Below are positions 41,024 through 50,920 of a DNA stretch of 64,000 bases, one piece after another (the stretch's first letter is position 1; each line of letters opens with the position of its first letter). Below the pieces are notes generated by a model, which was not told where the DNA came from, ran no database searches, and saw only the letters and a list, made by a program, of their open reading frames with translations. The translations under genes were made by a program, and so were the position numbers. This DNA comes from a virus (Duplodnaviria; Caudoviricetes): the IMG/VR virus record IMGVR_UViG_3300032007_000014. One strand, given 5' to 3'.

Positions 41024-43222
41024 TCAGTTGAAGTGAAGACGGATTTGACGAAGATCAAATCTCTCGTTAATGATGCTGTTCGTTCCAAGTGATGTGATGA
41101 CAGACATCTGCATCACATTGTTGACAGTGTTGAAAGCATATCTGAGAGAACAGAGATCCTGCAAACAGAAGATAACTTCCTGTCCAGAGAATTCCTTGTT
41201 GGGTCCTGTTCCTCCAATCTCCAAGGGATAAATAGATCCCGTGTAAGAAAGGTTTGGACGACAAGGTGATTCCACAGTGAAGTAACATCCAGCAATCCTG
41301 TCAAAGATATCAAACGACACTCCAGTAACCTGTTGTGGTGACAAGAGTGTATCTTGGACAAGAGGTTGAAGAATGGTTCTTGACTGTGACTGGAAAGGAT
41401 CAGCATCTGTGTGTTGGCTCATCATGAGATGCATCGGGTAGTTGCCAGCCCAATAGATCATCCCATCTTCATGTTCCAAAGGTTTGACATTCTGACGAGC
41501 ACCATTTCCCTGTGTGGACCAGATGGTCTTTCCATCAGGCATGGTGAAATCATCGTCATCCGCATGCTCGTCATAGACTGGCATGCTGAAGTTATCATCC
41601 GATGGATATTTCAGAGCAAGAGGATCGCTGTACAGTCTCCATCTCGAAGCATTCCCTGACTTATTTGTCACGATCAGAGTATCAGTGATGACACCATTCT
41701 GAGGAATGACAAACTTGTCAAATTTCATGCCATACTGCAGAACAACACCAGACTGTTCTCCATTGTCAACCCAGCAAAGACGAACATACACATTATCTCT
41801 CGCATCGAGAACAATGTAGTTCTTCATGTCTGTGACAGTGTTGTCATCCGCACATGCTCTGGTTTTTACACGGAACATTCTTGCTTTGTCAGCAGCAATG
41901 TTGGTAATGACATCGAATTCATACGACCAGTTTCTCGCAAGAGATTCAATGCGGAATGTACCAAGATCCGTAATCGAATCTTCCAGTCCATCCCACCTGT
42001 TGTCGTAGATGAATGCAATGTTGTACCAATGGAATCCTTGATCTCTCACTGAGATGATGTGTTCAACCTGAGCATAATGGTTGTGGAACTCATCGAATGC
42101 ATTCAGTCGTTTCACCAACTCGGAGATGAGAGGATGTGTGTACAGAGAGGAATCTGTCACCAATCCAGATCCTTTGATCACGGACACCAGGTTGGCGAGA
42201 TTCTTGTGAATGTCAATCACGTCTTGCGTGGAGACATGTCCACCAAATGCATGGTAGCTGATCATCACATCTCCGACATAAGACTTCAGAACATGGATGT
42301 GTTCATACACACCACTGGTGTGAGATGAGATCTTGGTCTTTGCAAGATTGACTCCGATGATCTCGTAGTCAGTTCCTTCCACCCAAGTAGACACATTGTC
42401 AACGATGTGTCCTGACATATCCACATATCCATTGGCATTCTGACGTGAAAGAATCACACGTCTCTCTTTCGATGTCGTTGTGTTCAGTGCTTCATTCCTG
42501 GTGGACTCCGTATAAATGAAAATCTTTCCATAGAAGGATGCCAGATTCTCACGTGTGAGAGTTACAGGAGTTGTGGTGAATCCTTGAACAACAAGATCGT
42601 GTGCATAGAAAGAACCACGATCGGGACTGATGAACATCTGTCCACGAGGAACGTTGACAGTATGTCTCTCGTTCACGATGTAGTTTGCAGATTCAAGACC
42701 AGTAAGATCTTGTTCGAGATACGTGTGGTCTTCAAGGGATGCACCGAACAGATCGGTAACACCCATACTTCTGTTTCTGAGGAACTCAATGTCCGTAAGG
42801 ACTTTGGCCATCAGAGCAGGACTGTACTCAGGGCCATCGCCGTCATACAAGTATGATTCATTGAGATCGAGACGAAGACGTTGGTAATCAACAGAGATCG
42901 TCACATTGGAAGACCCATTGTTCCGTACTTTGAGAATGATGGATTTGACCAAGTTCTTATTGAATGCACTGTTTTGAAGCAATGCATCAGAAACTGCATC
43001 ATAGTCGTAATCATTCTCATCAACGATCCAACCATCAGCCGCTCCATTAGAGAGCACGTCCCAAGAAGCACCATTCTTCTTTCGAACAACGATGCTGCTG
43101 AGAAATACTGGTTCATTGAAGCTGATACGCTGATCCGCTCTGCTAATAACAAAGCGAAGGTCTTCTCTCTTGAACGCGGTTTCGGACCCAGAGAGATCAT
43201 ATTTCACATTTGCACGTGTCAT
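41024..43222 (-). CDS. Baseplate/fibre-attachment structural protein
   Basis: Two DL(S/T)G-type units (KYDLSG; EQDLTG...NYIVNERH...GSFY...EGTDY...YHAFGG) as in phiKZ-like tail proteins. Confidence 0.68.
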   Translation of the reverse strand: MTRANVKYDLSGSETAFKREDLRFVISRADQRISFNEPVFLSSIVVRKKNGASWDVLSNGAADGWIVDENDYDYDAVSDALLQNSAFNKNLVKSIILKVRNNGSSNVTISVDYQRLRLDLNESYLYDGDGPEYSPALMAKVLTDIEFLRNRSMGVTDLFGASLEDHTYLEQDLTGLESANYIVNERHTVNVPRGQMFISPDRGSFYAHDLVVQGFTTTPVTLTRENLASFYGKIFIYTESTRNEALNTTTSKERRVILSRQNANGYVDMSGHIVDNVSTWVEGTDYEIIGVNLAKTKISSHTSGVYEHIHVLKSYVGDVMISYHAFGGHVSTQDVIDIHKNLANLVSVIKGSGLVTDSSLYTHPLISELVKRLNAFDEFHNHYAQVEHIISVRDQGFHWYNIAFIYDNRWDGLEDSITDLGTFRIESLARNWSYEFDVITNIAADKARMFRVKTRACADDNTVTDMKNYIVLDARDNVYVRLCWVDNGEQSGVVLQYGMKFDKFVIPQNGVITDTLIVTNKSGNASRWRLYSDPLALKYPSDDNFSMPVYDEHADDDDFTMPDGKTIWSTQGNGARQNVKPLEHEDGMIYWAGNYPMHLMMSQHTDADPFQSQSRTILQPLVQDTLLSPQQVTGVSFDIFDRIAGCYFTVESPCRPNLSYTGSIYPLEIGGTGPNKEFSGQEVIFCLQDLCSLRYAFNTVNNVMQMSVITSLGTNSIINERFDLRQIRLHFN

Positions 43223-43238
43223 AAGTTACTCCCTGAAA

Positions 43239-44528
43239 TTACGTATTTTTGTAGACGGCGTTTGCCGAGAGGATTTCTTCAAGTGCATTGATCTGCGCTT
43301 GCAATTTCGCATTCTTTCTTCTCTCCATTTCGTAGAGATAGAAGAAGTTGCGATCACTCACGTTGTCTTTCACAACATAGACTTCTTTGTACAGCGTTCC
43401 TTGCATCGTATCATACTGCTCAATGTTGTCAGCATCGATCGTTACAATTTCAGCTATGTGAGAGTCTGTTGGAATATACCTGAACTTGAACCCGATGAAC
43501 TCTTCAGGAGAGTTTTTGTCAATAGTGACAGCGTGTTCAGCGACACTGTCAATATCAACAATTGAATCAGTTGATTTTTCGAAATATGTATTCGAAGGAA
43601 CTGTTTCACCGGGTCTCACTGTAGCGACGTCGTATCCTCCAGTGCTTGTATTGATTCTGTAATAAATCTTTTCTTCACGGAATTTAGTGTCGCCTGTGAT
43701 GAAATAAGGAGATTTTAACAGGAGAATTTCGCCGTGTTCAATAACAACGCTACCTCTGTATTTCTCCTTGTTGTCATTTGTGATGATGGTTCGGGTTCCA
43801 GGAAGTCGTTTTGCAACAATTTCCTCATACTCACTCTTGGACATCCATTTCTCATCAGTGACGATCATGTTGATGTCACTGGAGTATACTCCATACAGAG
43901 CAAGTTTGTCTTTGATGGCTTGGAGCATCGGTTCAAGCATGGTTGCGTCATCGAATAATCCAAGTCTTATAGCAAGAGTGATATCCACGTACTGATTGAT
44001 GTCCACTTCTGGGAAAGTTTTGATTGTTTGTTGCGGAACATACAACACATCTTTCTCATCAACAATATCAACCAATTTGTAGATTGGGTAATTGGCATAA
44101 GACACATCTTCGAGGTACTGCTTGACAAGTTCGGAGTTTCCAGTTGGAGTTTTCTCGTAACGAGTTTCCATGACTTCCTGACGAACAGGAACAACCACTT
44201 CAACTCCATCAATGACTTGAGTTTCATTGACGTATTTGACAACAGGGACTTCAACTTCAGTTGTTGTCATCTCTGGTTTATACACGTCTTCTGGTCTTCC
44301 ATCGAAATAAGCAGTATACTCATCCCTGGTGTATCCGAGCGGTTCAAAGAAATTCTCGAAAAGTTTCACACCAGATTTCGCTATATCCTCAAATGATGCA
44401 ATCTGTTCGAGGCGGAAAACCCCCTCTCCTTTGTGAAGACAAGGGTTCCCGCCTGCACCATGGTTAACGAACTCTGATTTGAACTTGAAACGATAGACTC
44501 TACCGAGTACAAGTTGTTGAGTTATCAT
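43239..44528 (-). CDS. Virion structural protein with inserted modules and C-terminal coiled coil
   Basis: LYVPQQTIKTFP...Y..ITLAIRLG core; coiled-coil end; shares modules with 4296-9071. Confidence 0.65.
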   Translation of the reverse strand: MITQQLVLGRVYRFKFKSEFVNHGAGGNPCLHKGEGVFRLEQIASFEDIAKSGVKLFENFFEPLGYTRDEYTAYFDGRPEDVYKPEMTTTEVEVPVVKYVNETQVIDGVEVVVPVRQEVMETRYEKTPTGNSELVKQYLEDVSYANYPIYKLVDIVDEKDVLYVPQQTIKTFPEVDINQYVDITLAIRLGLFDDATMLEPMLQAIKDKLALYGVYSSDINMIVTDEKWMSKSEYEEIVAKRLPGTRTIITNDNKEKYRGSVVIEHGEILLLKSPYFITGDTKFREEKIYYRINTSTGGYDVATVRPGETVPSNTYFEKSTDSIVDIDSVAEHAVTIDKNSPEEFIGFKFRYIPTDSHIAEIVTIDADNIEQYDTMQGTLYKEVYVVKDNVSDRNFFYLYEMERRKNAKLQAQINALEEILSANAVYKNT

Positions 44529-44551
44529 GTTCGGTTCCTATGCTTGACAGA

Positions 44552-46222
44552 TTACATTCCGAATTGATTGGAAGGATATGACTGGCGTGTGAGGATGTAG
44601 TAGGTGATTCCATCAACTGTGAATGACACCGACATCGATCCATTGTAGAGCTTCGCTCCCGCTGGTTGTGGATTTCCTTCAGTTGGATTGAAACTGATCA
44701 GTGCACCAAGCTTGTCATTGAGTTGTTCTGCAAATGCTCTTGTGACAGAGCTCTGCTTGTTCACATTGACATCTCCATTTGGCAACGCCATGTATGTCGG
44801 ATGGATTTCTCTGAGTTTGCGGTACTGTGCCGCATTGTCGGTCGACGGAATGGAGAGCAGCAAAATACTCGAAACACTGTTCGGGAGAACTTCGAGATAT
44901 TTGTCGATGTTTTCTTCGAGGTAGTTCGGATAAACTGCTCTGATCACATCTTTGAACATGGTGTAACCATAGGCCTGTGAAGGAATAATGGTTCCAGAAC
45001 CATTGTCAACAAAGTGATGCCAAATCGGAACGATCATGAAGGTTGCGCTTGCGAACAAATCTGGAAGGATATCCATCCAGTCTTCATCCACAGTACCCGT
45101 TTTCTTCAAGAGATCTTCCTTGATGGCGATACGCACTTCATCCGAGGATGGAACAGCACCCTTGTACATCGCTCCAAAATAGAGGTTGTACTGACCTTGT
45201 CCATTTCCAATGACATTGTTGATATACTGACAAAGGAACACAGATACACCAGAGTGATCCGTTTCTCTGACAGGGTTCGGAATGCCATACTCATTCATCA
45301 GATATGAAGATGCCTCAGAAAGAATGTCCGCCACATTGTCAGCATCGCTCAGTGATCTCAGAAGTGCTGGATCACACGGATACACGATATTCGTGATATT
45401 CGAATACGGGTAGTTGTTCAGGAACGCTTCGCGTGACAGAAAAATGTGGAAGCACACGATCTGATCGTTCGAAAGATTGACCTCGAACTCAATCCATGTT
45501 CTCAACATTGGGTTGAATGGATCAGCCATTCCGTTGAAGTACATCTCAATCGGAGCTGATGAAATGATGTAACCAGTCTTGTTGAGATAATCTTCACGAT
45601 TATCAACTGTGAGTGTGACAGGTGTGGACGATCCGATGGGGAGGAAGGTCGTGTTCCGATAAGAGTCAATGTTCTCATTTGTCAGAGTAACACGAGTTCT
45701 TACATCGGTGTCAGTTCCAAGAACATCTGCAGACACTTTCAGTGATCCAGTCAGATAGACATTCGTTCCATAGGTGTCATGGTTTGCATTGACAATGGCG
45801 TTCATTGTTGCGGCAGTTGGAAGAACGCCGTTCACATTCTGACTGTACACACAATACTCGATGATGTTGAACAGATACTTCAGTTCAGCATCCGTGAGTG
45901 TCGCTGCAGAAAGATCAGTCGATCCGATTTTTGTTCCATCGAAATGGAGTGACATCACACCGTCCGGACGTCCAGTACGAGAAGTGTCACCAAGAAGAGG
46001 ATCATTCGGAGCGACTTCTGAACTATCAGTACTGATAGCAACCAGACGGTTCGCTCTGCGATCAACGATGGTGGATGGCTCAACGAAGTAGTTGACCATC
46101 TGATCATCCATGTACATGAATCCTTGATCTTTATCTGCAAGTGCACCCATACCTCTTGTACGACGATGCAGAGCTGTGTCATCAAGGAACGCGTAAATGG
46201 TAGTCGTTGCTGTAGTAGCCAT
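44552..46222 (-). CDS. Virion structural protein (phiKZ-like)
   Basis: WMDILPDLF...FMIVPIW motif; AGGAG RBS; late motif at 46285-46294. Confidence 0.68.
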   Translation of the reverse strand: MATTATTTIYAFLDDTALHRRTRGMGALADKDQGFMYMDDQMVNYFVEPSTIVDRRANRLVAISTDSSEVAPNDPLLGDTSRTGRPDGVMSLHFDGTKIGSTDLSAATLTDAELKYLFNIIEYCVYSQNVNGVLPTAATMNAIVNANHDTYGTNVYLTGSLKVSADVLGTDTDVRTRVTLTNENIDSYRNTTFLPIGSSTPVTLTVDNREDYLNKTGYIISSAPIEMYFNGMADPFNPMLRTWIEFEVNLSNDQIVCFHIFLSREAFLNNYPYSNITNIVYPCDPALLRSLSDADNVADILSEASSYLMNEYGIPNPVRETDHSGVSVFLCQYINNVIGNGQGQYNLYFGAMYKGAVPSSDEVRIAIKEDLLKKTGTVDEDWMDILPDLFASATFMIVPIWHHFVDNGSGTIIPSQAYGYTMFKDVIRAVYPNYLEENIDKYLEVLPNSVSSILLLSIPSTDNAAQYRKLREIHPTYMALPNGDVNVNKQSSVTRAFAEQLNDKLGALISFNPTEGNPQPAGAKLYNGSMSVSFTVDGITYYILTRQSYPSNQFGM

Positions 46223-46284
46223 GTTTACGCACTAGCTCCTATAGTTGTTTTAAGTGATTTTAACCTGAGTTTTGCTTCAAATTG

Positions 46285-46311
46285 CATAGGATGTTCCTAG
46301 ACAATTCTATG
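46285..46311. promoter_or_regulatory. Back-to-back late-type promoter half-sites
   Basis: ACATCCTATG (minus, 46294-46285) and CAATTCTATG (plus, 46302-46311), each facing its gene. Confidence 0.65.
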
Positions 46312-46339
46312 TAAAATGGCTTATATAAGGAGATAAAAT

Positions 46340-47995
46340 ATGGCTAATGGACCATTGAACATCCACCTTCTCGACGTGGATAAATTCATTCGAGAGCATG
46401 GGTGTAAAGAAGTGACCAGTACCTTTGTGCATGCTCCTTCTTCCAATCAATTCCATGAAGCAGGTCTGTTCTCAGAACAGATCTTTGGTAATATTGCAGA
46501 TCAGAGAAGATTGATAACTTTTGGTTACATCAATCTGAACTGCAAGATCTTTGCACCTCATGTGTTTCAGATCATTCAATCTTTGAAGAGATTCTACATC
46601 GAGATCATGAGTGGAAAGAGCTATGCCATCTGGAATGAAGAAGTGAATGACTTCGATCGTGCAAGTGATGCTGATCCGAATGCAGATACTGGATACACCT
46701 TCTTCTTGAGTCATTTCTTTGAGATCGATTTCTTGAAGAATGCTTCATTGAAACGAAACGATAAAGTTGATGTCTTGAAGAAATATCAAGACAGACTTCT
46801 CATTGACAAGTATCTTGTGATACCTGCTGGATTGCGTGACATCAAGGTTGATGAAGCACGTCAAGAAAAAGACAGCATCAATAACTTGTATGTGTCATTG
46901 CTGAACAACGCAAAAGCTATGCCACCAACAGGTGCCAACAAATCCATCTATGATACCATTCATTACGCCATCCAACGCAAGGTGAATGAAATTCATCTTT
47001 ATGTGGCTGATATGATGAAAGGAAAGAAAGGATTCATGGAGGGTAAGTACGGTGCGCGTTCCATCGCACAAGGAACACGTAACGTTATCACAGCATCCTC
47101 TATGGAATCCATCAGTTCCAACTCTGAACAATATCACAAGGTGGATGAAACAAAGATTCCTTTGTTCCAATGTGCAAAAGGATTCTCTTCTCTTGTCATT
47201 TACCAAATGAAACACAACTTCTATTCCACTGTGCTGGAGAATAGTTCTGATCAAGTTCCTTTGATCAATCCAGACACGTTGAAATTGGAGTATGTTCCGA
47301 TTGACGAAGCTGAGAAGGACAAACTACTTGGAACAGAAGGCATGATGAAGTTCATCGACCTGTTCCAGGATGGTGAATTCCGATTCAAACCTGTAACTGT
47401 GGTGTCTGATAAGAAGAAGTATTGGATGTATCTTGTGTATGACACAGGAAAGACAATCAACATCTTCCGAAATATCGATGAGTTCAAACTTGCAATGGAA
47501 AGCAAACATGTGGAGTTCGATCCGAAATATGTGAGAGCTCTCACAAACTGTGAATTGCTTTACATGGCAACTTACGCTGCAAGTTACAACAAGCATGGTA
47601 CTGTGACACGATATCCCATCACAGATGAACAGAGCATCTATATCAGCAAGGTTCACTTGATGAGTACAACTCCAAGTCGAGTTGTGTTTCTCAAATCAGA
47701 TGTTGGATCGGATACTACGTATGATACGAAGTTTCCAGAATATCCAATCATCGGAGAGAACTTTGTCGATGCGATGCTTCTGCATCCTACAAGATTGAAA
47801 GCACTGGGAGCAGACTTCGATGGTGATACATGCTCTTGGATTCCAATCTTGAGTGAAGAGGCGAACAAAGAATGCGAACAATACATACATTCATTATCCA
47901 ACTACATCCTTCCAAGTGGACAGATGCCGTTGGCTATGGATGACTTGTGTTTGCTCACACTTCACAGTCTCACCATGGATCCACCGAAAGAGTGA
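46340..47995 (+). CDS. Virion RNA polymerase beta' subunit (phiKZ gp180-like, catalytic)
   Basis: GLFSEQIFG, FGYINL, VIPAGLRD, GKKGF, TRYPI and catalytic LGADFDGD. Confidence 0.93.
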   Translation: MANGPLNIHLLDVDKFIREHGCKEVTSTFVHAPSSNQFHEAGLFSEQIFGNIADQRRLITFGYINLNCKIFAPHVFQIIQSLKRFYIEIMSGKSYAIWNEEVNDFDRASDADPNADTGYTFFLSHFFEIDFLKNASLKRNDKVDVLKKYQDRLLIDKYLVIPAGLRDIKVDEARQEKDSINNLYVSLLNNAKAMPPTGANKSIYDTIHYAIQRKVNEIHLYVADMMKGKKGFMEGKYGARSIAQGTRNVITASSMESISSNSEQYHKVDETKIPLFQCAKGFSSLVIYQMKHNFYSTVLENSSDQVPLINPDTLKLEYVPIDEAEKDKLLGTEGMMKFIDLFQDGEFRFKPVTVVSDKKKYWMYLVYDTGKTINIFRNIDEFKLAMESKHVEFDPKYVRALTNCELLYMATYAASYNKHGTVTRYPITDEQSIYISKVHLMSTTPSRVVFLKSDVGSDTTYDTKFPEYPIIGENFVDAMLLHPTRLKALGADFDGDTCSWIPILSEEANKECEQYIHSLSNYILPSGQMPLAMDDLCLLTLHSLTMDPPKE

Positions 47996-48006
47996 TCAAC
48001 ATTCAT

Positions 48007-48045
48007 CTTATCGGGGAGGGTTCACCCCCCCCCCGATAAGGTTCT
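48007..48045 (+). repeat. Poly-C hairpin element, copy 2
   Basis: CTTATCGGGGAGGGTTCA-C10-GATAAGGTTCT. Confidence 0.85.
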
Positions 48046-48074
48046 ACAATATTTTGGGGAGAATAGGAAATATC

Positions 48075-48731
48075 ATGCAATACACAATCACTGATGTTTC
48101 TCTAGAGTTTCTTGGATTTGGGAATCCGGTAAAGAAACGTCTGGAGAATCTCAAACAACTTTCAGCCAATTTCAATATGGCTGCAGATATCTTTGGAAAA
48201 GAATTAGAGAATGCTTACTCTAATCTTGACAAAGACATTCTCAAGGACAAGTACAACAAAGGTGACATTGTTACACAAGCACCTTCCAGTAAGGATGTTC
48301 TTGCAAGGAATCAAAAGTTCATCAATCTTTTGAAAGAATTCGTCAAATTCGAATTCAAAACCATCCCAAGTGGAAATGATCTTGAAAACCTTTATTTCAA
48401 GACAATGAATGGAAGTCCCTATCCTGGTAAATTCGCGGATACCTATGATCCCGAACGTAAAGGATTCATGCTCCGTCCTCTCGACACCAAAGCAATTGTC
48501 TATCCACAATCTGGATGGTTCGGTTTACCTGGAATACAAGTAAGGAGATCGTGTGAACAGATGTCTCCATTACTTCGTTCCATCGGAAATAAGCTTGCAT
48601 CAGTAAAAGAAGATGATGTAAAAGAACGTGAAGATTATGGAAGGATTTCCGTACTTTTCAGTCTCTATGCTGATGTCTTTCATGTGGTTGAAGCCGAGAG
48701 TATTGATTGGCTTTACAGACTTGAAAAATAA
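48075..48731 (+). CDS. Putative head-packaged protein with short ...VSLE leader
   Basis: Start re-called to ATG 48075 (AGGA RBS); MQYTITDVSLE-F. Confidence 0.62.
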   Translation: MQYTITDVSLEFLGFGNPVKKRLENLKQLSANFNMAADIFGKELENAYSNLDKDILKDKYNKGDIVTQAPSSKDVLARNQKFINLLKEFVKFEFKTIPSGNDLENLYFKTMNGSPYPGKFADTYDPERKGFMLRPLDTKAIVYPQSGWFGLPGIQVRRSCEQMSPLLRSIGNKLASVKEDDVKEREDYGRISVLFSLYADVFHVVEAESIDWLYRLEK

Positions 48732-48791
48732 AATCAAATGCAATATACCAACTGCTGTAGCATTAAGCTACAGCAGTTGGCTTTTATTCGT

Positions 48792-49010
48792 TCACTTGCG
48801 AATACCGTAAGATAGATCACAGATGTCACCTTGTCTTTCTTCAAAACAAGGACACCTGGTGATACACCTTGCAGCATATGTTGGTATTCTCAGCATTCGA
48901 TGTGTGCAAGTGTAAGTGACAGTTCTGGTGAATACACCTTTGTGTATATTACACCACGCACAGTTCTTGCACTTGCGAATACAGAACACCTTTCTCAACC
49001 ACTTGAACAT
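48792..49010 (-). CDS. Small Cys-rich protein
   Basis: MFKWLRK...CKNCAWC...YTC...CPCF; resembles 49511-49810. Confidence 0.62.
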   Translation of the reverse strand: MFKWLRKVFCIRKCKNCAWCNIHKGVFTRTVTYTCTHRMLRIPTYAARCITRCPCFEERQGDICDLSYGIRK

Positions 49011-49013
49011 AGT

Positions 49014-49514
49014 TCACCTTTTCTTACGATTGTTGAGAATGTGATTCACGTGATCTCTGTAGGATTTCTTGGTCTTATAGATCCATATGCTTATGGATCC
49101 ATCATCTCCGAGATTAAATCTGAAATAAAAATATTTCCGATATCTGTCGAGAATCTCATACACTCTCCTGTTACTTTCTCTATCGTAGAAAGGGATTTGC
49201 ACATTCCCGTAGGGCGTAAATGTGTTCGTCACTCTGTCATTGTTCCATATACTGGCAATCCCTTGAAATTTGAATTCTTCAACGAGTTCAAGATAATGAT
49301 CAGGTTTATGTGTCTCGTGCATCTTGTCGTAAAATCTGACAAGATCTATAAATGAGTCAAGTGCTAATATTTCACGTCCGGAACAGAATAGCACATAACT
49401 GACTCCTTTATCTGTTTTCACCTCACTTATATTCCTGTCCATCTCATCCCTGTAAACAGTCGGTGTGATTTCAGTCCATTTTTCTCTGACTGCAAGTTGC
49501 TTGAGTGTCATCAT
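49014..49514 (-). CDS. Hypothetical early protein
   Basis: Start re-called to 49514 (AAGGAG RBS, ATGA overlap with the upstream gene). Confidence 0.68.
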   Translation of the reverse strand: MMTLKQLAVREKWTEITPTVYRDEMDRNISEVKTDKGVSYVLFCSGREILALDSFIDLVRFYDKMHETHKPDHYLELVEEFKFQGIASIWNNDRVTNTFTPYGNVQIPFYDRESNRRVYEILDRYRKYFYFRFNLGDDGSISIWIYKTKKSYRDHVNHILNNRKKR

Positions 49515-49810
49515 TTTGTTGCTCCTTTCCAATACATGCATTTGAATGGTTTCTCCATCATGAGGTAATCTATATCCTTCAGATAAGGTGCCCACTTATC
49601 CTGTGTATCAGGACAAGTGCAATCCACACTTGTGTATTTGGAGAATCCAACAAGATGACGTTTGACTTTCTTCTTTTTGGATCTCTTATACACATGCGTG
49701 TAGTGTGTGTACAGTGGTTTGGTTGTGTACAACAGAGTGCAGTACACACAATTCTCACAACATTTCTTCTTGAATGCTGATTTGATGTGATTCCATAGTT
49801 TCTTGAACAT
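49511..49810 (-). CDS. Small Cys-rich basic protein
   Basis: AAGGAG RBS; MFKKLW...CCENCVYC; variant early motif TACATTAC at 49845-49852. Confidence 0.65.
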   Translation of the reverse strand: MFKKLWNHIKSAFKKKCCENCVYCTLLYTTKPLYTHYTHVYKRSKKKKVKRHLVGFSKYTSVDCTCPDTQDKWAPYLKDIDYLMMEKPFKCMYWKGATK

Positions 49811-49925
49811 GATCATTCTCCTTTGTATAAGTTGGTTCATTGTAGTAATGTATAATTGAACTGGACATGAGATTAAGCACAGCAACTGATGTGACTATAC
49901 GCCACATCAGTTGCTTCCTATAGTT

Positions 49926-49956
49926 TCTCAACGATACTATGATAGTATCGTTGAGA
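49926..49956 (+). promoter_or_regulatory. Palindromic late-promoter-like element P2 (TATG points at gene 50029)
   Basis: TCTCAACGATACTAT-G-ATAGTATCGTTGAGA, 15-bp arms; identical to P5. Confidence 0.75.
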
Positions 49957-50028
49957 TTGGATGTGTCACGATCTCCAGCATACTCGTGTGTCAGTTACAA
50001 TAAAACATTGAACAAAGGATCCTTTCAC

Positions 50029-50841
50029 ATGAAATTTAAAACCACAAATCACGATGCCTCAAGTGAAGGTCTTGGATTCGGAGATGGTGTTGCACTTGGT
50101 CTTGCATTGCCTTATCTGATTGTAATCGGACTTGCCACAATCGTGGGTCTCGTTGAAATGATTGACAAGTGGCGTGACAGCAAACGTTCACCTGCTGAAC
50201 GTCTTGCACGCAAACTAGATCGACTCACGAAAGAGAAAAATTATCTCTGGTACAACAATGAGGAGTTCCCTGATATGTGGGGAAAGTCCCCTGATCAGCA
50301 AGATTACGAATGGGGATATCATCTCGAACCTTCCTCCAAGGTTGCAACTCCGAGACTGTCTGTCGACAATGTTGTATCATCTGCAGAATTTATCGTACAG
50401 ATTGGCAAACTCAAAGCTTTCGCTGAAGGAGTTGCAAAACTGAGCGACACAAATAATTGCGGTACTGAGATCGACAAGATATTCAAGAAATCCTTCGGCA
50501 AGAGTATGATCATCGAACAGAACAAGTGCATGTCGATCACCATGAAACGAGAAGTTGCGACATGGCCGACTAATGAATACTTTGCGCATCTCAGCATTCC
50601 CATGTCAAAGATCAACAAAGCATACATGGCACTTATTCCAGCTTATACTAAGCTGAAACAGAATATCGATGAGATCATCAAAGCAGAGACCAAGGGTGCT
50701 GCAAAGGAAGAACTTGAAGGTCGTGTGACCTATGTGAGAACATGCGAGTTCATTCTCTCCATCCATGATTACATTGAACATCAGCTCTATGGTCAGCTTG
50801 ACCGTATGGCTGAAACTGTGGATGTGGTTCCCGTTTGGTAA
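50029..50841 (+). CDS. Putative head-packaged protein with TM helix after the leader
   Basis: MKFKTTNHDASSE-G then hydrophobic helix; AAGGA RBS. Confidence 0.72.
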   Translation: MKFKTTNHDASSEGLGFGDGVALGLALPYLIVIGLATIVGLVEMIDKWRDSKRSPAERLARKLDRLTKEKNYLWYNNEEFPDMWGKSPDQQDYEWGYHLEPSSKVATPRLSVDNVVSSAEFIVQIGKLKAFAEGVAKLSDTNNCGTEIDKIFKKSFGKSMIIEQNKCMSITMKREVATWPTNEYFAHLSIPMSKINKAYMALIPAYTKLKQNIDEIIKAETKGAAKEELEGRVTYVRTCEFILSIHDYIEHQLYGQLDRMAETVDVVPVW

Positions 50842-50854
50842 ATAACTGAAGAAA

Positions 50855-50890
50855 AAGATCAGGTGGAGGAACATTCCTCCACCTGATCTT
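50855..50890. terminator. Bidirectional terminator
   Basis: 17-bp perfect stem between convergent genes. Confidence 0.78.
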
Positions 50891-50920
50891 ATCAAACATA
50901 TTTGGTTTGTAATCAGAAGA

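Noticed and set aside
47853-48074. Upstream extensions of tracked ORFs (also 998, 19330, 49939, 52117, 54401, 59112, 59956)
   Set aside because: They overlap other genes, terminators or palindromes; internal ATGs have RBSs and match paralogue N-termini.
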